DNA of 64,000 nt from an uncultured Gammaproteobacteria bacterium (GCA_964633995.1 CAZWKN010000001.1:134527-198526), one strand, 5' to 3'. Shown: positions 48,304 to 57,004, counted from the stretch's first letter. Notes: a model not told the origin generated them from the letters alone. Translations and numbers: made by a program.

Positions 48304-49238
48304 AAAAGTGATTTTAACATTAATGATTTTGGACCCTCAGTTCCCAGATCTTTGACATAATTGATGAGCTCGTGAGCTGGATGGATTGGAAAGTCGGATG
48401 ATCGACGATGAATGTGGAGATAACTGTAGACGGAAGCCGTTTTTACGGCTATTTCTTTGTTGTTTGTGATAAGGTATGTTGACAGATATGCAGCCCCGAA
48501 CGCTTCTCCGGCTCCATTTGTGTCAAGTGGATGGTCAACTCTTCTAAAAACCGGAAAGTGCTTATTTTCAGAATTTGTAACTAGGTCACTGCCGTTTTTT
48601 CCATTGGTTATGGTCATGCTTTCGACTCCGTATTTTAGGGGAGAACCGATTTGCGAGAAAAGGAGTGAATATTCTTCTCGTGATAACGTTATGTGGTTTA
48701 TATATTTTAGCTCGTTGATTAATTCTGCCGATTGTAAACAGTTCTGTTTATGTGGAGCCCACATTATATATGGTTTATTTTTGGCTGTTTGTGAAATGGT
48801 TTTCATAATTTTGGCTAAGGTCCTGTTTGGAAATGACGTAAGCACTAGGGCGCGGGATGAAAAAACACAAGATAGATCTTTTTTGTTTGGAGTCCAGGTA
48901 TTTGACAAGTTACGGATCGACGCGACACTTTTATGATTTTCGCCATCAATGGTTATATAGGCGTGATCCGTAGTAGAGTTTTTAACATGCCAGGATGGAG
49001 TTATGGTTGATCCCCGTATGTGATTTCTGATTTTGGAACTAAACTCGTCGTTGCCGATACAAGTTTGAAGTCTGACAGAATAGCCAAGGCGTGACAATGC
49101 AATGGCATAGCACAGGCCGGTCCCACCTGGATCGTAATATTCTTCAGTTACTTCTGTCGATCCATCAAGAGAAAGTTTGCCACGTACCCTGATCGTGTGG
49201 TCAATATATGTTGGTCCGATGACTGTAATTTTTTTCAT
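48300..49238 (-). CDS. PfkB-family carbohydrate kinase
   Basis: 312 aa; N-terminal GG dipeptide (DPGGTGL), C-terminal DTNGAGEAFGAAY (PfkB signature 2). Confidence 0.75.
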   Translation of the reverse strand: MKKITVIGPTYIDHTIRVRGKLSLDGSTEVTEEYYDPGGTGLCYAIALSRLGYSVRLQTCIGNDEFSSKIRNHIRGSTITPSWHVKNSTTDHAYITIDGENHKSVASIRNLSNTWTPNKKDLSCVFSSRALVLTSFPNRTLAKIMKTISQTAKNKPYIMWAPHKQNCLQSAELINELKYINHITLSREEYSLLFSQIGSPLKYGVESMTITNGKNGSDLVTNSENKHFPVFRRVDHPLDTNGAGEAFGAAYLSTYLITNNKEIAVKTASVYSYLHIHRRSSDFPIHPAHELINYVKDLGTEGPKSLMLKSLL

Positions 49239-50560
49239 ATGGCTATAACTTTTTCAAATTTTCCACATGGTGGAGGACAGATAACTGTTGTTGTTGTGGT
49301 TAAGTTTTGAGAAACAGTTTCGGTTATGACATGATTGAGCGCCGATACTCCAATTGACAAAACTAGGTCGATGGTTGATACGCCGTTTTCCTTTACTAAT
49401 TTAGTGGCCCTTTCCACATTTGGACCCTTTTTAGAAGCGGCGTCACTGGAGTAGTCAAAAATTGGTTTTTTTTCGCCACTTGGTATGGTTCTGTCCATAT
49501 GAATTAGGGGAAAATAAGGCAATCCCATAGCCCGTGTGACATCAATTACTGTTTTTTCATACACTGAACCTCCTCCGGTAATGTGACCGTCAAAAAGTCC
49601 CAAAGTTGAATAGGCGATAACTCTGGGTATGGCTCTCCAGGTGATGGGAACTTGTGTTTCAATAATTTGTTGGGGAGAAGTAGATGTTTGATATCCACAT
49701 TCCATGCAGCGGCAGGAGACAGCGGACTCCATATTGGGATTGGTAGGTTTGGAGAAAGATGACTCCATTCTTCCCATGCAATACGGATCAGTATGGTACA
49801 TTTGAAATGGGGTTGCGTCTGGTTGCGGAACCGATACGCCGGGGTGTTGGTGAGCTTGGGCTTGTTGAATAATTTCCGGCCACAAATAAAGCAGTAATTG
49901 CATGCCACCATGTGTTGCTATTAGGGTGTCGAAATCCTGTTCATAGACCGTTTCTGGAATATCTAAGCCGATTTGTCTTTCAAGGCTTCTTAGTATGAGC
50001 GAGTTGCCTTCGGCGTAATTTGGAGCACTACCGTGGTAATGTAGTAACATCTGTTCTAGGTGGTGGGTTTTTGACGGCCTGTATCCGGCTTCTAGGGGTT
50101 TTACAAATGTCGATATTTGTTCGGGTGTTGGGCATGGAAAACCAGCAGTCGCAGAATTTTTTCTTTTTTTCCACCCAGGAAGCGTGTTTATGGAGCTTAC
50201 CCCTTCAGGGTTACTAGGGTCAGGTATTTGATAGCGATATATGGCCGGTTCTGATCCAACTACGTCGTACGCAGCAAATAACTCGATTGGTTTTATCCCC
50301 AATCTTTGTAGGGCCTTTGCAATTAATCTTTTTCCCAAGACTTTTGGTCTCTCGTTTAAACCATAGGTTTGTTCCCCAAAAACAACCACGAGGTCGTCTG
50401 GAGTTGCGTGTAAGGTGGCGCGGAGTTGAAGTTGAGATTGACGGATTACATCCGCTAATTCCGTGGGAAATTTCTCATCAACTGAACGTGCCCAAGCTTG
50501 TTTGTGCTGATTGAGCTGGTCTGCGTATTCGTATATTGATGTTGGTTGTATTTCTGACAT
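49235..50560 (-). CDS. Conserved hypothetical protein (Cys-cluster SCRCMECGY), operonic with the LmbE-like and PfkB genes
   Basis: 441 aa; no motif I can assign; 4-nt overlaps with the neighbours indicate translational coupling. Confidence 0.4.
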   Translation of the reverse strand: MSEIQPTSIYEYADQLNQHKQAWARSVDEKFPTELADVIRQSQLQLRATLHATPDDLVVVFGEQTYGLNERPKVLGKRLIAKALQRLGIKPIELFAAYDVVGSEPAIYRYQIPDPSNPEGVSSINTLPGWKKRKNSATAGFPCPTPEQISTFVKPLEAGYRPSKTHHLEQMLLHYHGSAPNYAEGNSLILRSLERQIGLDIPETVYEQDFDTLIATHGGMQLLLYLWPEIIQQAQAHQHPGVSVPQPDATPFQMYHTDPYCMGRMESSFSKPTNPNMESAVSCRCMECGYQTSTSPQQIIETQVPITWRAIPRVIAYSTLGLFDGHITGGGSVYEKTVIDVTRAMGLPYFPLIHMDRTIPSGEKKPIFDYSSDAASKKGPNVERATKLVKENGVSTIDLVLSIGVSALNHVITETVSQNLTTTTTVICPPPCGKFEKVIAI

Positions 50561-50689
50561 AAAAAAACCTCCTATTTTGTAGGAGGTGCTTGTGGGTATA
50601 TTTAATTAATTTAGGCTGTTTTTGTTCCCACAAGCCCTCCCCTCATAAAGAGGATGAAGAGGCTAATGAGAATAAACAATTGCGACATA

Positions 50690-51316
50690 TTATCCAGTAG
50701 ATGTTACCATATAACGTTCGGATGACAAGAGGAAGGAGGTGCCGGATTTTTTGACACTGCCCCAGAAATAGCTCTGTTTTTTGGCCCGGGAATTTGAGGT
50801 GGCTAGCCAGTTTTTGGAACTTTCCACCTTGTGTCTTAAGGCCGCTATTACTGATCTTAGGTGGGCAAAGAAGTTTTTGTGATAGACGCCTGGGTTGACT
50901 GTGGCTTGCATGGTGGCCACTTGAACTTCGGATGATAGTTCGCCGGCTGATTTGACTAGTTGTTTGAGCTCGGCTTGGAGAGCTTTTAATTGTTCTTTGT
51001 TGGCTGATTCTTGGCGCAATAGTCTGCTTCGTTCCTCCGCCCGCATTTGCTGGAGTTCCCTGTCAAATTTATTTTCGGCTTTTTGCTGGCCGCTTTGTTC
51101 CGCTTTGCGCAGATCGTCCATGGAGAATGATTCGTTGGGGGAGAGTGTGCCGGAAGATGATCCCAGGCCAAATGATTGGGGGATATCACTAGCAACGATT
51201 TTGGTAATTTGGGTTTTGGCTTCGGAGATGGTTTCCCGACTGAGCTCGCGAAAAGCCTCCAGGAAGTTGGCTGGATTGGTTTTTCTTGACGCTGATTTTG
51301 AGCTAGATTGGGCCAT
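50690..51316 (-). CDS. Hypothetical coiled-coil protein
   Basis: 208 aa; Q/E/K-rich heptad region (ELQQMRAEERSRLLRQESANKEQLKALQAELKQL). Confidence 0.4.
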   Translation of the reverse strand: MAQSSSKSASRKTNPANFLEAFRELSRETISEAKTQITKIVASDIPQSFGLGSSSGTLSPNESFSMDDLRKAEQSGQQKAENKFDRELQQMRAEERSRLLRQESANKEQLKALQAELKQLVKSAGELSSEVQVATMQATVNPGVYHKNFFAHLRSVIAALRHKVESSKNWLATSNSRAKKQSYFWGSVKKSGTSFLLSSERYMVTSTG

Positions 51317-51344
51317 ATACTATGGGATACAAAGATAAGCCCTA

Positions 51345-52040
51345 TTATACCAGATTTTGCAAGAAATCCAAGGTTTGTTTTCTGTCTTCGAGTTTTTGAT
51401 CGGTTTTTATCTGGTTTAGAATGAATTCGATTTCCAGGTCTACTCTGGCTTCCGCGGCTGTTTGGGCTTTGAGTGTTTCTGGAGTTAGCTTTTTGGTTTC
51501 AAGATATTTTTGGGTATCCATGCCCAGTTTGGAGATGTTTTCTACCAAAGCGGCCAGCCTGTGATTAGCTTCCTCTTCTACCAATAGATCCGGGATGGCA
51601 ATTTTGACCTGACTTCTTAAAAATTCGACTATGCCGGTAAGTTTTTCGTCCGGCTTTTCGGGTTTGAGTTTTTTGATTTCATCCTGCCAGTTGAGTGGTA
51701 GTGTGACAGTGGGGGTTTCACAAGTAGTAGCCGTAAATTCCCAGTCCTTGCCCTCTTCGCCGGAGACGAGTTTGAGCTGGGGGTATAGGATGGGTTTTAG
51801 ATTATGTTCTTTGATGGCCCGGGCGTAATAATCCGGTAAAACATGTTGAATACTATGGGTTAACAAATCGTTTCTGTCCAGTTTGGCAAGAACCAGGTCT
51901 TTGGGGGCCATGCCCTTACGAAATCCCGGAAGTTCGGCGTTTTTGACCGCCTCTTGGATTTCTTTATCTAGGGCTTTTTGAATGTCTGGCCAGGATAGTT
52001 TGAGAGTAATATCTATGGAACCGTTGGAATTTTGTTTCAT
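51345..52040 (-). CDS. tig: Trigger factor lacking the PPIase domain (N-terminal ribosome-binding + C-terminal arm)
   Basis: 231 aa; ELPGFRKGMAPKDLVL matches the TF signature GFRxGxxP; length about half of canonical TF. Confidence 0.6.
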   Translation of the reverse strand: MKQNSNGSIDITLKLSWPDIQKALDKEIQEAVKNAELPGFRKGMAPKDLVLAKLDRNDLLTHSIQHVLPDYYARAIKEHNLKPILYPQLKLVSGEEGKDWEFTATTCETPTVTLPLNWQDEIKKLKPEKPDEKLTGIVEFLRSQVKIAIPDLLVEEEANHRLAALVENISKLGMDTQKYLETKKLTPETLKAQTAAEARVDLEIEFILNQIKTDQKLEDRKQTLDFLQNLV

Positions 52041-52636
52041 TTGCTAAGAATTGAGGTGGATAAAATTTTGTCACCTGCGGCTAGGGTTTTTATAACGTCC
52101 ATGCCGGATACGACTTTGCCAAAATAGGTGTATTCCCCATCCAGGAAGGACGAAGCGTTTTTGACAATGAAAAATTGGGAATCATTGGACATGTCTTTGG
52201 GGAATGCTTTTCTGGCCACACCTACGCTGCCTTCCAAAAATGACTCGGAAGAAGTTTCGGTGGGGAGATTGGTAAGCCCGCCCGTGCCATCGCCTTTGGG
52301 GTCACAACCCTGGACTACCCAATCCTCAACCCGGTGAAAGGTTTTGGCATCACAGTAACCTGAGTTCCATTTGGAAAGAAAATTGACGACTGTTTTGGGG
52401 GCGACGTCCGGTCTTAGTTCTATGACAAACTTGCCTTTGGATGTGGAAATCTCGACTCGAGGTTTGCCTTTGATGGGTTCTGGGGCTGTAGTGGTCTGGG
52501 TTTGGGGCAGATCGGCATCCTGAACAACGTTGCCCGTGGGGAGAAGTTTACTCATCAAATTCTGGTTTTTGACAAAGGGAATGGCAATTAGGGCTGCCAA
52601 AATGATTGCGCCAACGATTAATCCTTGTTTGTTCAT
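52037..52636 (-). CDS. Cyclophilin-type peptidyl-prolyl cis-trans isomerase, membrane-anchored
   Basis: 199 aa; N-terminal TM; FHRVEDWVVQGCDPKGDGTGG and SQFFIV cyclophilin motifs. Confidence 0.85.
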   Translation of the reverse strand: MNKQGLIVGAIILAALIAIPFVKNQNLMSKLLPTGNVVQDADLPQTQTTTAPEPIKGKPRVEISTSKGKFVIELRPDVAPKTVVNFLSKWNSGYCDAKTFHRVEDWVVQGCDPKGDGTGGLTNLPTETSSESFLEGSVGVARKAFPKDMSNDSQFFIVKNASSFLDGEYTYFGKVVSGMDVIKTLAAGDKILSTSILSK

Positions 52637-52669
52637 ACGAGGGATATTACTACAAAATGTGTATAGGGG

Positions 52670-53065
52670 CTAGGGGCTAGGGGTTAGAGTGGGGCGGAAT
52701 TTGTAGCCATAAACAATCATTCCTTTATTTCCGTCTTCGCTTAATTTTCTGGTGACCATTTCGACTTGCGTGCCGATTTCTACCTTGCCATTATTTATGT
52801 CTGTAAGCATTGCGGTAACTAGTGGGCCTTCTTGAAGTCTAATGATGGCAACAGTGTAGGGGCCAAAAAAACCTTCGGGTGCCTCGTATACCGTGGTGTA
52901 AGAATAAACCTCGCCCTTGCCGGAAAACTGATATGGGGTTGAGGCTTCTTGATTACAGTTTGGGCAGATATCGCGCGGGGGAAAGATCTTGTGGCCGCTT
53001 GGGCAAATTTCCCCTTGTAGGCGATATCGCTGTGGTTGCAACCGCCAGTGACGAGAGATCTCCAT
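52670..53065 (-). CDS. DUF35-type Zn-ribbon + OB-fold protein
   Basis: 131 aa; CPSG...CPNC rubredoxin-like ribbon followed by an OB-fold (GEVYSYTTVYEAPEG...AIIRLQEGPLV). Confidence 0.6.
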   Translation of the reverse strand: MEISRHWRLQPQRYRLQGEICPSGHKIFPPRDICPNCNQEASTPYQFSGKGEVYSYTTVYEAPEGFFGPYTVAIIRLQEGPLVTAMLTDINNGKVEIGTQVEMVTRKLSEDGNKGMIVYGYKFRPTLTPSP

Positions 53066-53284
53066 AAATTATGGCAAAATATTTTTAAAAAATATCCAGT
53101 AAAGCCATTTTTCCAAATACCATTCGTTATGTTCTCTACTGCCCGGGTATTCCCACCACGGCATTTTGTTTGGACGATCTACGGCTCTTTCTGCCATATT
53201 TGTTTGACGCATTACGGGACAAAAACCCACGGTTTTAAATTAATCTCCTTGACATTCGGGTTTGTTTCGGATACAAATAAAGGT

Positions 53285-53533
53285 ATGCAGGATGTAAATG
53301 AAATGGTGGGGGTAGATGTGAGTTTTTGGGGAAGTAGGGTGGTTCCTACTAGATTTGTATGGGATGGCCGTAGACATGATGTAAAAAGAATAAATATGAA
53401 ATTTGAGAGAAAAAACGCCGGAAGAAGGTATTTGTGTTTTGCGTTAGACACGGGAAGTATGTTGGTAGAGCTTGCTATGGATCGGGAAGATTTGAGCTGG
53501 AGGGTCACACGGTGCGCACCATCTTACACGTAG
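53285..53533 (+). CDS. Small hypothetical protein immediately upstream of, and overlapping, dinB
   Basis: 82 aa from MQDVNEMVGVDVSFWGS...; overlaps the dinB start by 22 nt in another frame. Confidence 0.3.
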   Translation: MQDVNEMVGVDVSFWGSRVVPTRFVWDGRRHDVKRINMKFERKNAGRRYLCFALDTGSMLVELAMDREDLSWRVTRCAPSYT

Positions 53534-54720
53534 ACATGAATTCATATTTTGCGACGGCGGAGCAGCAGGCGAACCCTTTTTTGAGGGGGAAACCAATAGG
53601 GGTGATAAAAGCTTTGAACAGGGGGTGCATAATCGCAGCTTCAGTGGAGGCGAAAAAATTTGGAGTGAAAACCGGCATGAATGTGTGGGATGCCAAGAAG
53701 AAATGCCCGCATATTATTTTGGTACCGTCGGATATGGACAAATATTTTTCTATTACTTGCGGGATGGTGGAAATTTTGAAATCCTACTCCCCTGTCCTGG
53801 AAATTTTTTCAATAGATGAATGTTTTTTAGATGTGACGCAGACAAAAGGTTTATATTGTGGAGGTGCGTGGGAAATGGCTTTGGAGATAAAGAAACGGAT
53901 TAGGGAAGAGTTGGGAGAGTGGATGAAATGTTCGGTGGGGATTGGCTTTTCCAAAATTGTGGCTAAGTTGGCATCTGAAATGCACAAGCCTGACGGATTA
54001 ACATGGTTGACGGTTGATAACTATCTTGAAAAGACTGAAAGTGTAGAAGTTTCTGAGGTGTGTGGAATTGGGTTTTCCCGGACGGCGTATTTAAGAACCA
54101 GGGGGGCTTTTACGTTGGGACAAGCAAGAAGATTGGAGTTGCCTGAGGAGATAAAAGATTTGGTTTTTTTGAGAAACGATGACGATTTGGTAACTGTTTC
54201 GGAGTTGGAAGCTGCTAAGAGTGTGTCGAGAACATACACCACATATAAAACTCTAAACTCTAAATTCGAAATTCTAAAATTGGTGAGAAATTTGGTGGAA
54301 GAAGTGTGTGCCAAATTAAGAGAAATGGAAATGGTGGGGAGAACTTTTATTTTAAGTTTATCAGGTAACAGTTGCCAGTCCTGCCTGCCGGCAGGCAGGT
54401 TTTCAGTTAGGAAAACGATAAATACACCGACAGACGATCCCCTTCTTATTTATGATTTGTTCGTTAGGGAATATGAAAGAAATACAGTAACAGAAGTTAG
54501 GCAAGCGGGGGTGTGGGTGACAAATTTAATGGACAATGGCCAATTGACAATTGACAGGTCGAGAACAAGTTTGTTGGGGTCGGTAGATAAGGTCAATCAA
54601 AAATTTGGATTGTTTACGTTGTATCCGGCTAGTTTGTTGGGAAATGTTTTGATCAGACCTGAAGTGACTGGTTTTTTGGGAGATAAGTGGTATAGACTAG
54701 GTGGGCCGAAGAGGACTTGA
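53512..54720 (+). CDS. dinB: DNA polymerase IV (Y-family)
   Basis: GTG start, VRTILHVDMNSYFATAEQQ (catalytic Asp/Glu), SIDECFLDVT; the C-terminal little-finger region holds three short repeat insertions; the last 18 nt overlap tRNA-Leu(CAG). Confidence 0.8.
   Translation: MRTILHVDMNSYFATAEQQANPFLRGKPIGVIKALNRGCIIAASVEAKKFGVKTGMNVWDAKKKCPHIILVPSDMDKYFSITCGMVEILKSYSPVLEIFSIDECFLDVTQTKGLYCGGAWEMALEIKKRIREELGEWMKCSVGIGFSKIVAKLASEMHKPDGLTWLTVDNYLEKTESVEVSEVCGIGFSRTAYLRTRGAFTLGQARRLELPEEIKDLVFLRNDDDLVTVSELEAAKSVSRTYTTYKTLNSKFEILKLVRNLVEEVCAKLREMEMVGRTFILSLSGNSCQSCLPAGRFSVRKTINTPTDDPLLIYDLFVREYERNTVTEVRQAGVWVTNLMDNGQLTIDRSRTSLLGSVDKVNQKFGLFTLYPASLLGNVLIRPEVTGFLGDKWYRLGGPKRT
54380..54399. repeat. 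Perfect 20-nt palindrome CCTGCCTGCCGGCAGGCAGG inside dinB (in frame: SCQSCLPAGRF)
   Basis: Identical 20-mer at 63092-63111 next to the GIY-YIG gene. Confidence 0.7.
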
Positions 54721-54783
54721 ACCTCCATGCCTTGCGGCATACGCTTCTGAAGCGTACGTGTATACCAGTTTCACCATCGGCCC
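54702..54783 (-). tRNA. tRNA-Leu (anticodon CAG)
   Basis: Manual fold: GGGCCGA acceptor, anticodon loop UUCAGAA, long variable arm; shares GGGCCGATGGTGAAACTGGTATACAC with Leu(UAG) and Leu(GAG). Confidence 0.85.
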
Positions 54784-54987
54784 AGAAATATGGCATTTGA
54801 GACTGCGCTTCTCAAATCCTCTTCGAGATCTTTGCGATGCTCGCTTTCAAATGCCTGGCAGCATTATATTTCTTTTTTTCCCATAGAAAAAGCCCCGGCT
54901 CCTGCCCGATGCCGAGGCTTTTATAATCCCGCCGCCAGACCTTTCGACCTAGCCGCAGAACCTAAATGCATTGTAGCCACTATAGGG

Positions 54988-55752
54988 CTATTTGTCAATA
55001 TTTAAGGATGAGGGCTTGTGGGCCATTATGAAGATGCTTGGGCCAAAATTGAATTTTGATGCTAGATCTTGGATTCTGGATTCTAGGATGAGTAGTAGTT
55101 TAAGGGGTAAGATTTGCTTGATGAATCCCGAGCGAAAGTTGGAGACCGAAAGCGTTTTTTCTAGAATGAAACCTGTTTTGGTAAGCAGCTTTATGATTGA
55201 TTCAGGGTGGTGATTAACAAAGGGAATTGTTTTTTTTCTGATATTAGTGTTGCTTCGTTTTTCGATTGGGGCAGTAGGTATGGGAATGCCGGTAATAAGG
55301 CTGTGAAGACGGGCTTTGAAGTGGATGGAATTAGCAAATTCGAGAATCAAGGTACCTCCAGGTTTGAGAATTCGGAAAAGCTCTTGGACTGATTTTTCGG
55401 GTTGGGGTAGGTGGTGCATGACCCTAACCATGAGTACTAAGTCCAAAGATGAGTCAGTAAGATGTGTTTGTTGGGCGGTTCCAGAGATGATAGATGTGTT
55501 TTTGAGGTGATCAAGAGTTTTTTTGGCCAATTGACGCTGTTTGTTTGATGGTTCTACTAGATAAGTTTTTTTGCTAAATCGGGAAATGAGACTAGTGAGG
55601 CGGCCGTAACCTCCGCCTATATCGGCGCTGGAATCATACCTGAAAGAGCCGATGAGCTTGGTTATGGCTAGGACCTCACATTCGTGTTCGTAATCACGCC
55701 CTGACCAATAATTCTGATAGAAAAATTTTGGATCGTCGTAATGGGCTGGCAT
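54988..55752 (-). CDS. Class I SAM-dependent methyltransferase
   Basis: 254 aa; motif I ADIGGGYGRL, motif post-I YLVEPS, LKPGGTLILEF. Confidence 0.75.
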   Translation of the reverse strand: MPAHYDDPKFFYQNYWSGRDYEHECEVLAITKLIGSFRYDSSADIGGGYGRLTSLISRFSKKTYLVEPSNKQRQLAKKTLDHLKNTSIISGTAQQTHLTDSSLDLVLMVRVMHHLPQPEKSVQELFRILKPGGTLILEFANSIHFKARLHSLITGIPIPTAPIEKRSNTNIRKKTIPFVNHHPESIIKLLTKTGFILEKTLSVSNFRSGFIKQILPLKLLLILESRIQDLASKFNFGPSIFIMAHKPSSLNIDK

Positions 55753-55768
55753 AGAATGAAAGTGTATT

Positions 55769-56332
55769 TTACTCCAGGTCGTCTAAGAATTGCGAAACTC
55801 CCTTTGCCCACGAGCCTTGGGATGGTGGGGTATATTTGGCCATAATTTTTTCTGGAGTGTCGAGACCCTTGTCTAAGTATTGTTTTTTTAGAGTTTTGGC
55901 GACAGTTTCCATGGCTTGAGGGTAATTGTCGAAGCGGGTGACTAGGGTGCCATAGATGCCAAAACCCCAACAATTGTGTGAATTTTCAGGAATCTTTTTG
56001 CATAAATTGGATTCTTGTTGAGCAATGGCTACCAAAAGTCGGTAGTCTAATGAATATTTGTCGCTGGTTTGGACAATAGTTTCGGCATAAGGAACAAGGG
56101 GTGAGTTGTAACGTGTTAAATACTTTTTGATGATTACCGGTCTGGCGTCGGAAGTGGTGGCCTGACCGTGGATTTCGGGAAGGATTTGGAGTGGGGATGA
56201 TTCACTGGATGCACCCAACACTTGGGGTACGATGGAGGGTGTTTGAGAGACGTTAAGGAGAATAAAACCTGAAACTAAGATTACAAGAGGGGCTCCGGTA
56301 GCAAAAGCAATTATTGACAGGATTTTTTTCAT
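55769..56332 (-). CDS. Secreted lysozyme-like peptidoglycan hydrolase (lytic transglycosylase/glucosaminidase-like)
   Basis: 187 aa; TM/signal; LLVAIAQQESNLCK...NCWGFGIY resembles the catalytic Glu-Ser region of SLT/glucosaminidase domains. Confidence 0.5.
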   Translation of the reverse strand: MKKILSIIAFATGAPLVILVSGFILLNVSQTPSIVPQVLGASSESSPLQILPEIHGQATTSDARPVIIKKYLTRYNSPLVPYAETIVQTSDKYSLDYRLLVAIAQQESNLCKKIPENSHNCWGFGIYGTLVTRFDNYPQAMETVAKTLKKQYLDKGLDTPEKIMAKYTPPSQGSWAKGVSQFLDDLE

Positions 56333-56335
56333 GCT

Positions 56336-56410
56336 GTGGACGATGAGGGATTCGAACCCCCGACCTCCTCAGTGTAAATGAGGCGCTCTAACCAACTGAG
56401 CTAATCGTCC
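56336..56410 (-). tRNA. tRNA-Val (anticodon UAC)
   Basis: Manual fold: GGACGAU acceptor, anticodon loop UUUACAC, T-loop GGTTCGAATCC. Confidence 0.85.
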
Positions 56411-56426
56411 ATCCCTTCTTTATTTG

Positions 56427-56497
56427 AGCGGCTAACGGGAATCGAACCCGTATCTCATCCTTGGCAAGGACGTGTTCTACCACTGAACCATAGCCGC
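56427..56497 (-). tRNA. tRNA-Gly (anticodon GCC)
   Basis: Manual fold: GCGGCUA acceptor, anticodon loop UUGCCAA, discriminator U. Confidence 0.85.
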
Positions 56498-56603
56498 GAA
56501 TCTGCGATTCGCGTTGAAAGGAACCTACTATTCGTTTACACTCATAGATCCTTTCATATCCCTTCGCCAATTGTTATTGGCTGGTGATAGCCGCATTGCG
56601 GTG

Positions 56604-56676
56604 TGCCGAGAGAGGGAATCGAACCCCCATGAAGCGCTCTTCAGGCGCCCGCCGTGACCAACTTGGCTATCTCGGC
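56604..56676 (-). tRNA. tRNA-Phe (anticodon GAA)
   Basis: Manual fold: GCCGAGA acceptor, anticodon loop CUGAAGA, T-loop GGTTCGATTCC. Confidence 0.85.
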
Positions 56677-56705
56677 TTGGTCTGTATTATATAATATTAG
56701 CAGAT

Positions 56706-56787
56706 GGGCCGATGGTGAAACTGGTATACACGCAGGTTTTAGGAACCTGTCCCGCAAGGGGTGGAGGTTCAAGTCCTCTTCGGCCCA
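56706..56787 (+). tRNA. tRNA-Leu (anticodon UAG)
   Basis: Manual fold: GGGCCGA acceptor, anticodon loop UUUAGGA, long variable arm. Confidence 0.85.
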
Positions 56788-56815
56788 CTCTGATATATAA
56801 TATAGCTTGTTTTCC

Positions 56816-56897
56816 GGGCCGATGGTGAAACTGGTATACACGTACGCTTGAGGTGCGTATGCCGTAAGGCGTGGAGGTTCAAGTCCTCTTCGGCCCA
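56816..56897 (+). tRNA. tRNA-Leu (anticodon GAG)
   Basis: Manual fold: near-identical body to Leu(UAG); anticodon loop UUGAGGU. Confidence 0.85.
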
Positions 56898-56915
56898 CAT
56901 AAACAAAATATATAT

Positions 56916-57000
56916 GCCGAGGTGGCGAAATGGTATACGCAGGGGCCTTAAGAGCCCCCGAGGTTAACCCCTCATGCGGGTTCGAGTCCCGCCCTCGGCA
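56916..57000 (+). tRNA. tRNA-Leu (anticodon UAA)
   Basis: Manual fold: GCCGAGG acceptor, anticodon loop CUUAAGA, long variable arm, T-loop GGTTCGAGTCC. Confidence 0.85.
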
Positions 57001-57004
57001 CACA

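Noticed and set aside
53066-53284. LexA/SOS box upstream of the dinB operon
   Set aside because: Searched for GAAC-N4-GTTC and CTGT-N8-ACAG types; only weak partial matches (ttcgggtttgtttcgg), not convincing.
54701-54886. 61-aa ORF MGRRGLEPPCLAAYASEAYVYTSFTIGPE
   Set aside because: It is the antisense translation of tRNA-Leu(CAG). The same GLEPP...YVYTSFTIGPE peptide recurs in ORF 56641-57051, which is antisense to the Leu tRNA cluster.
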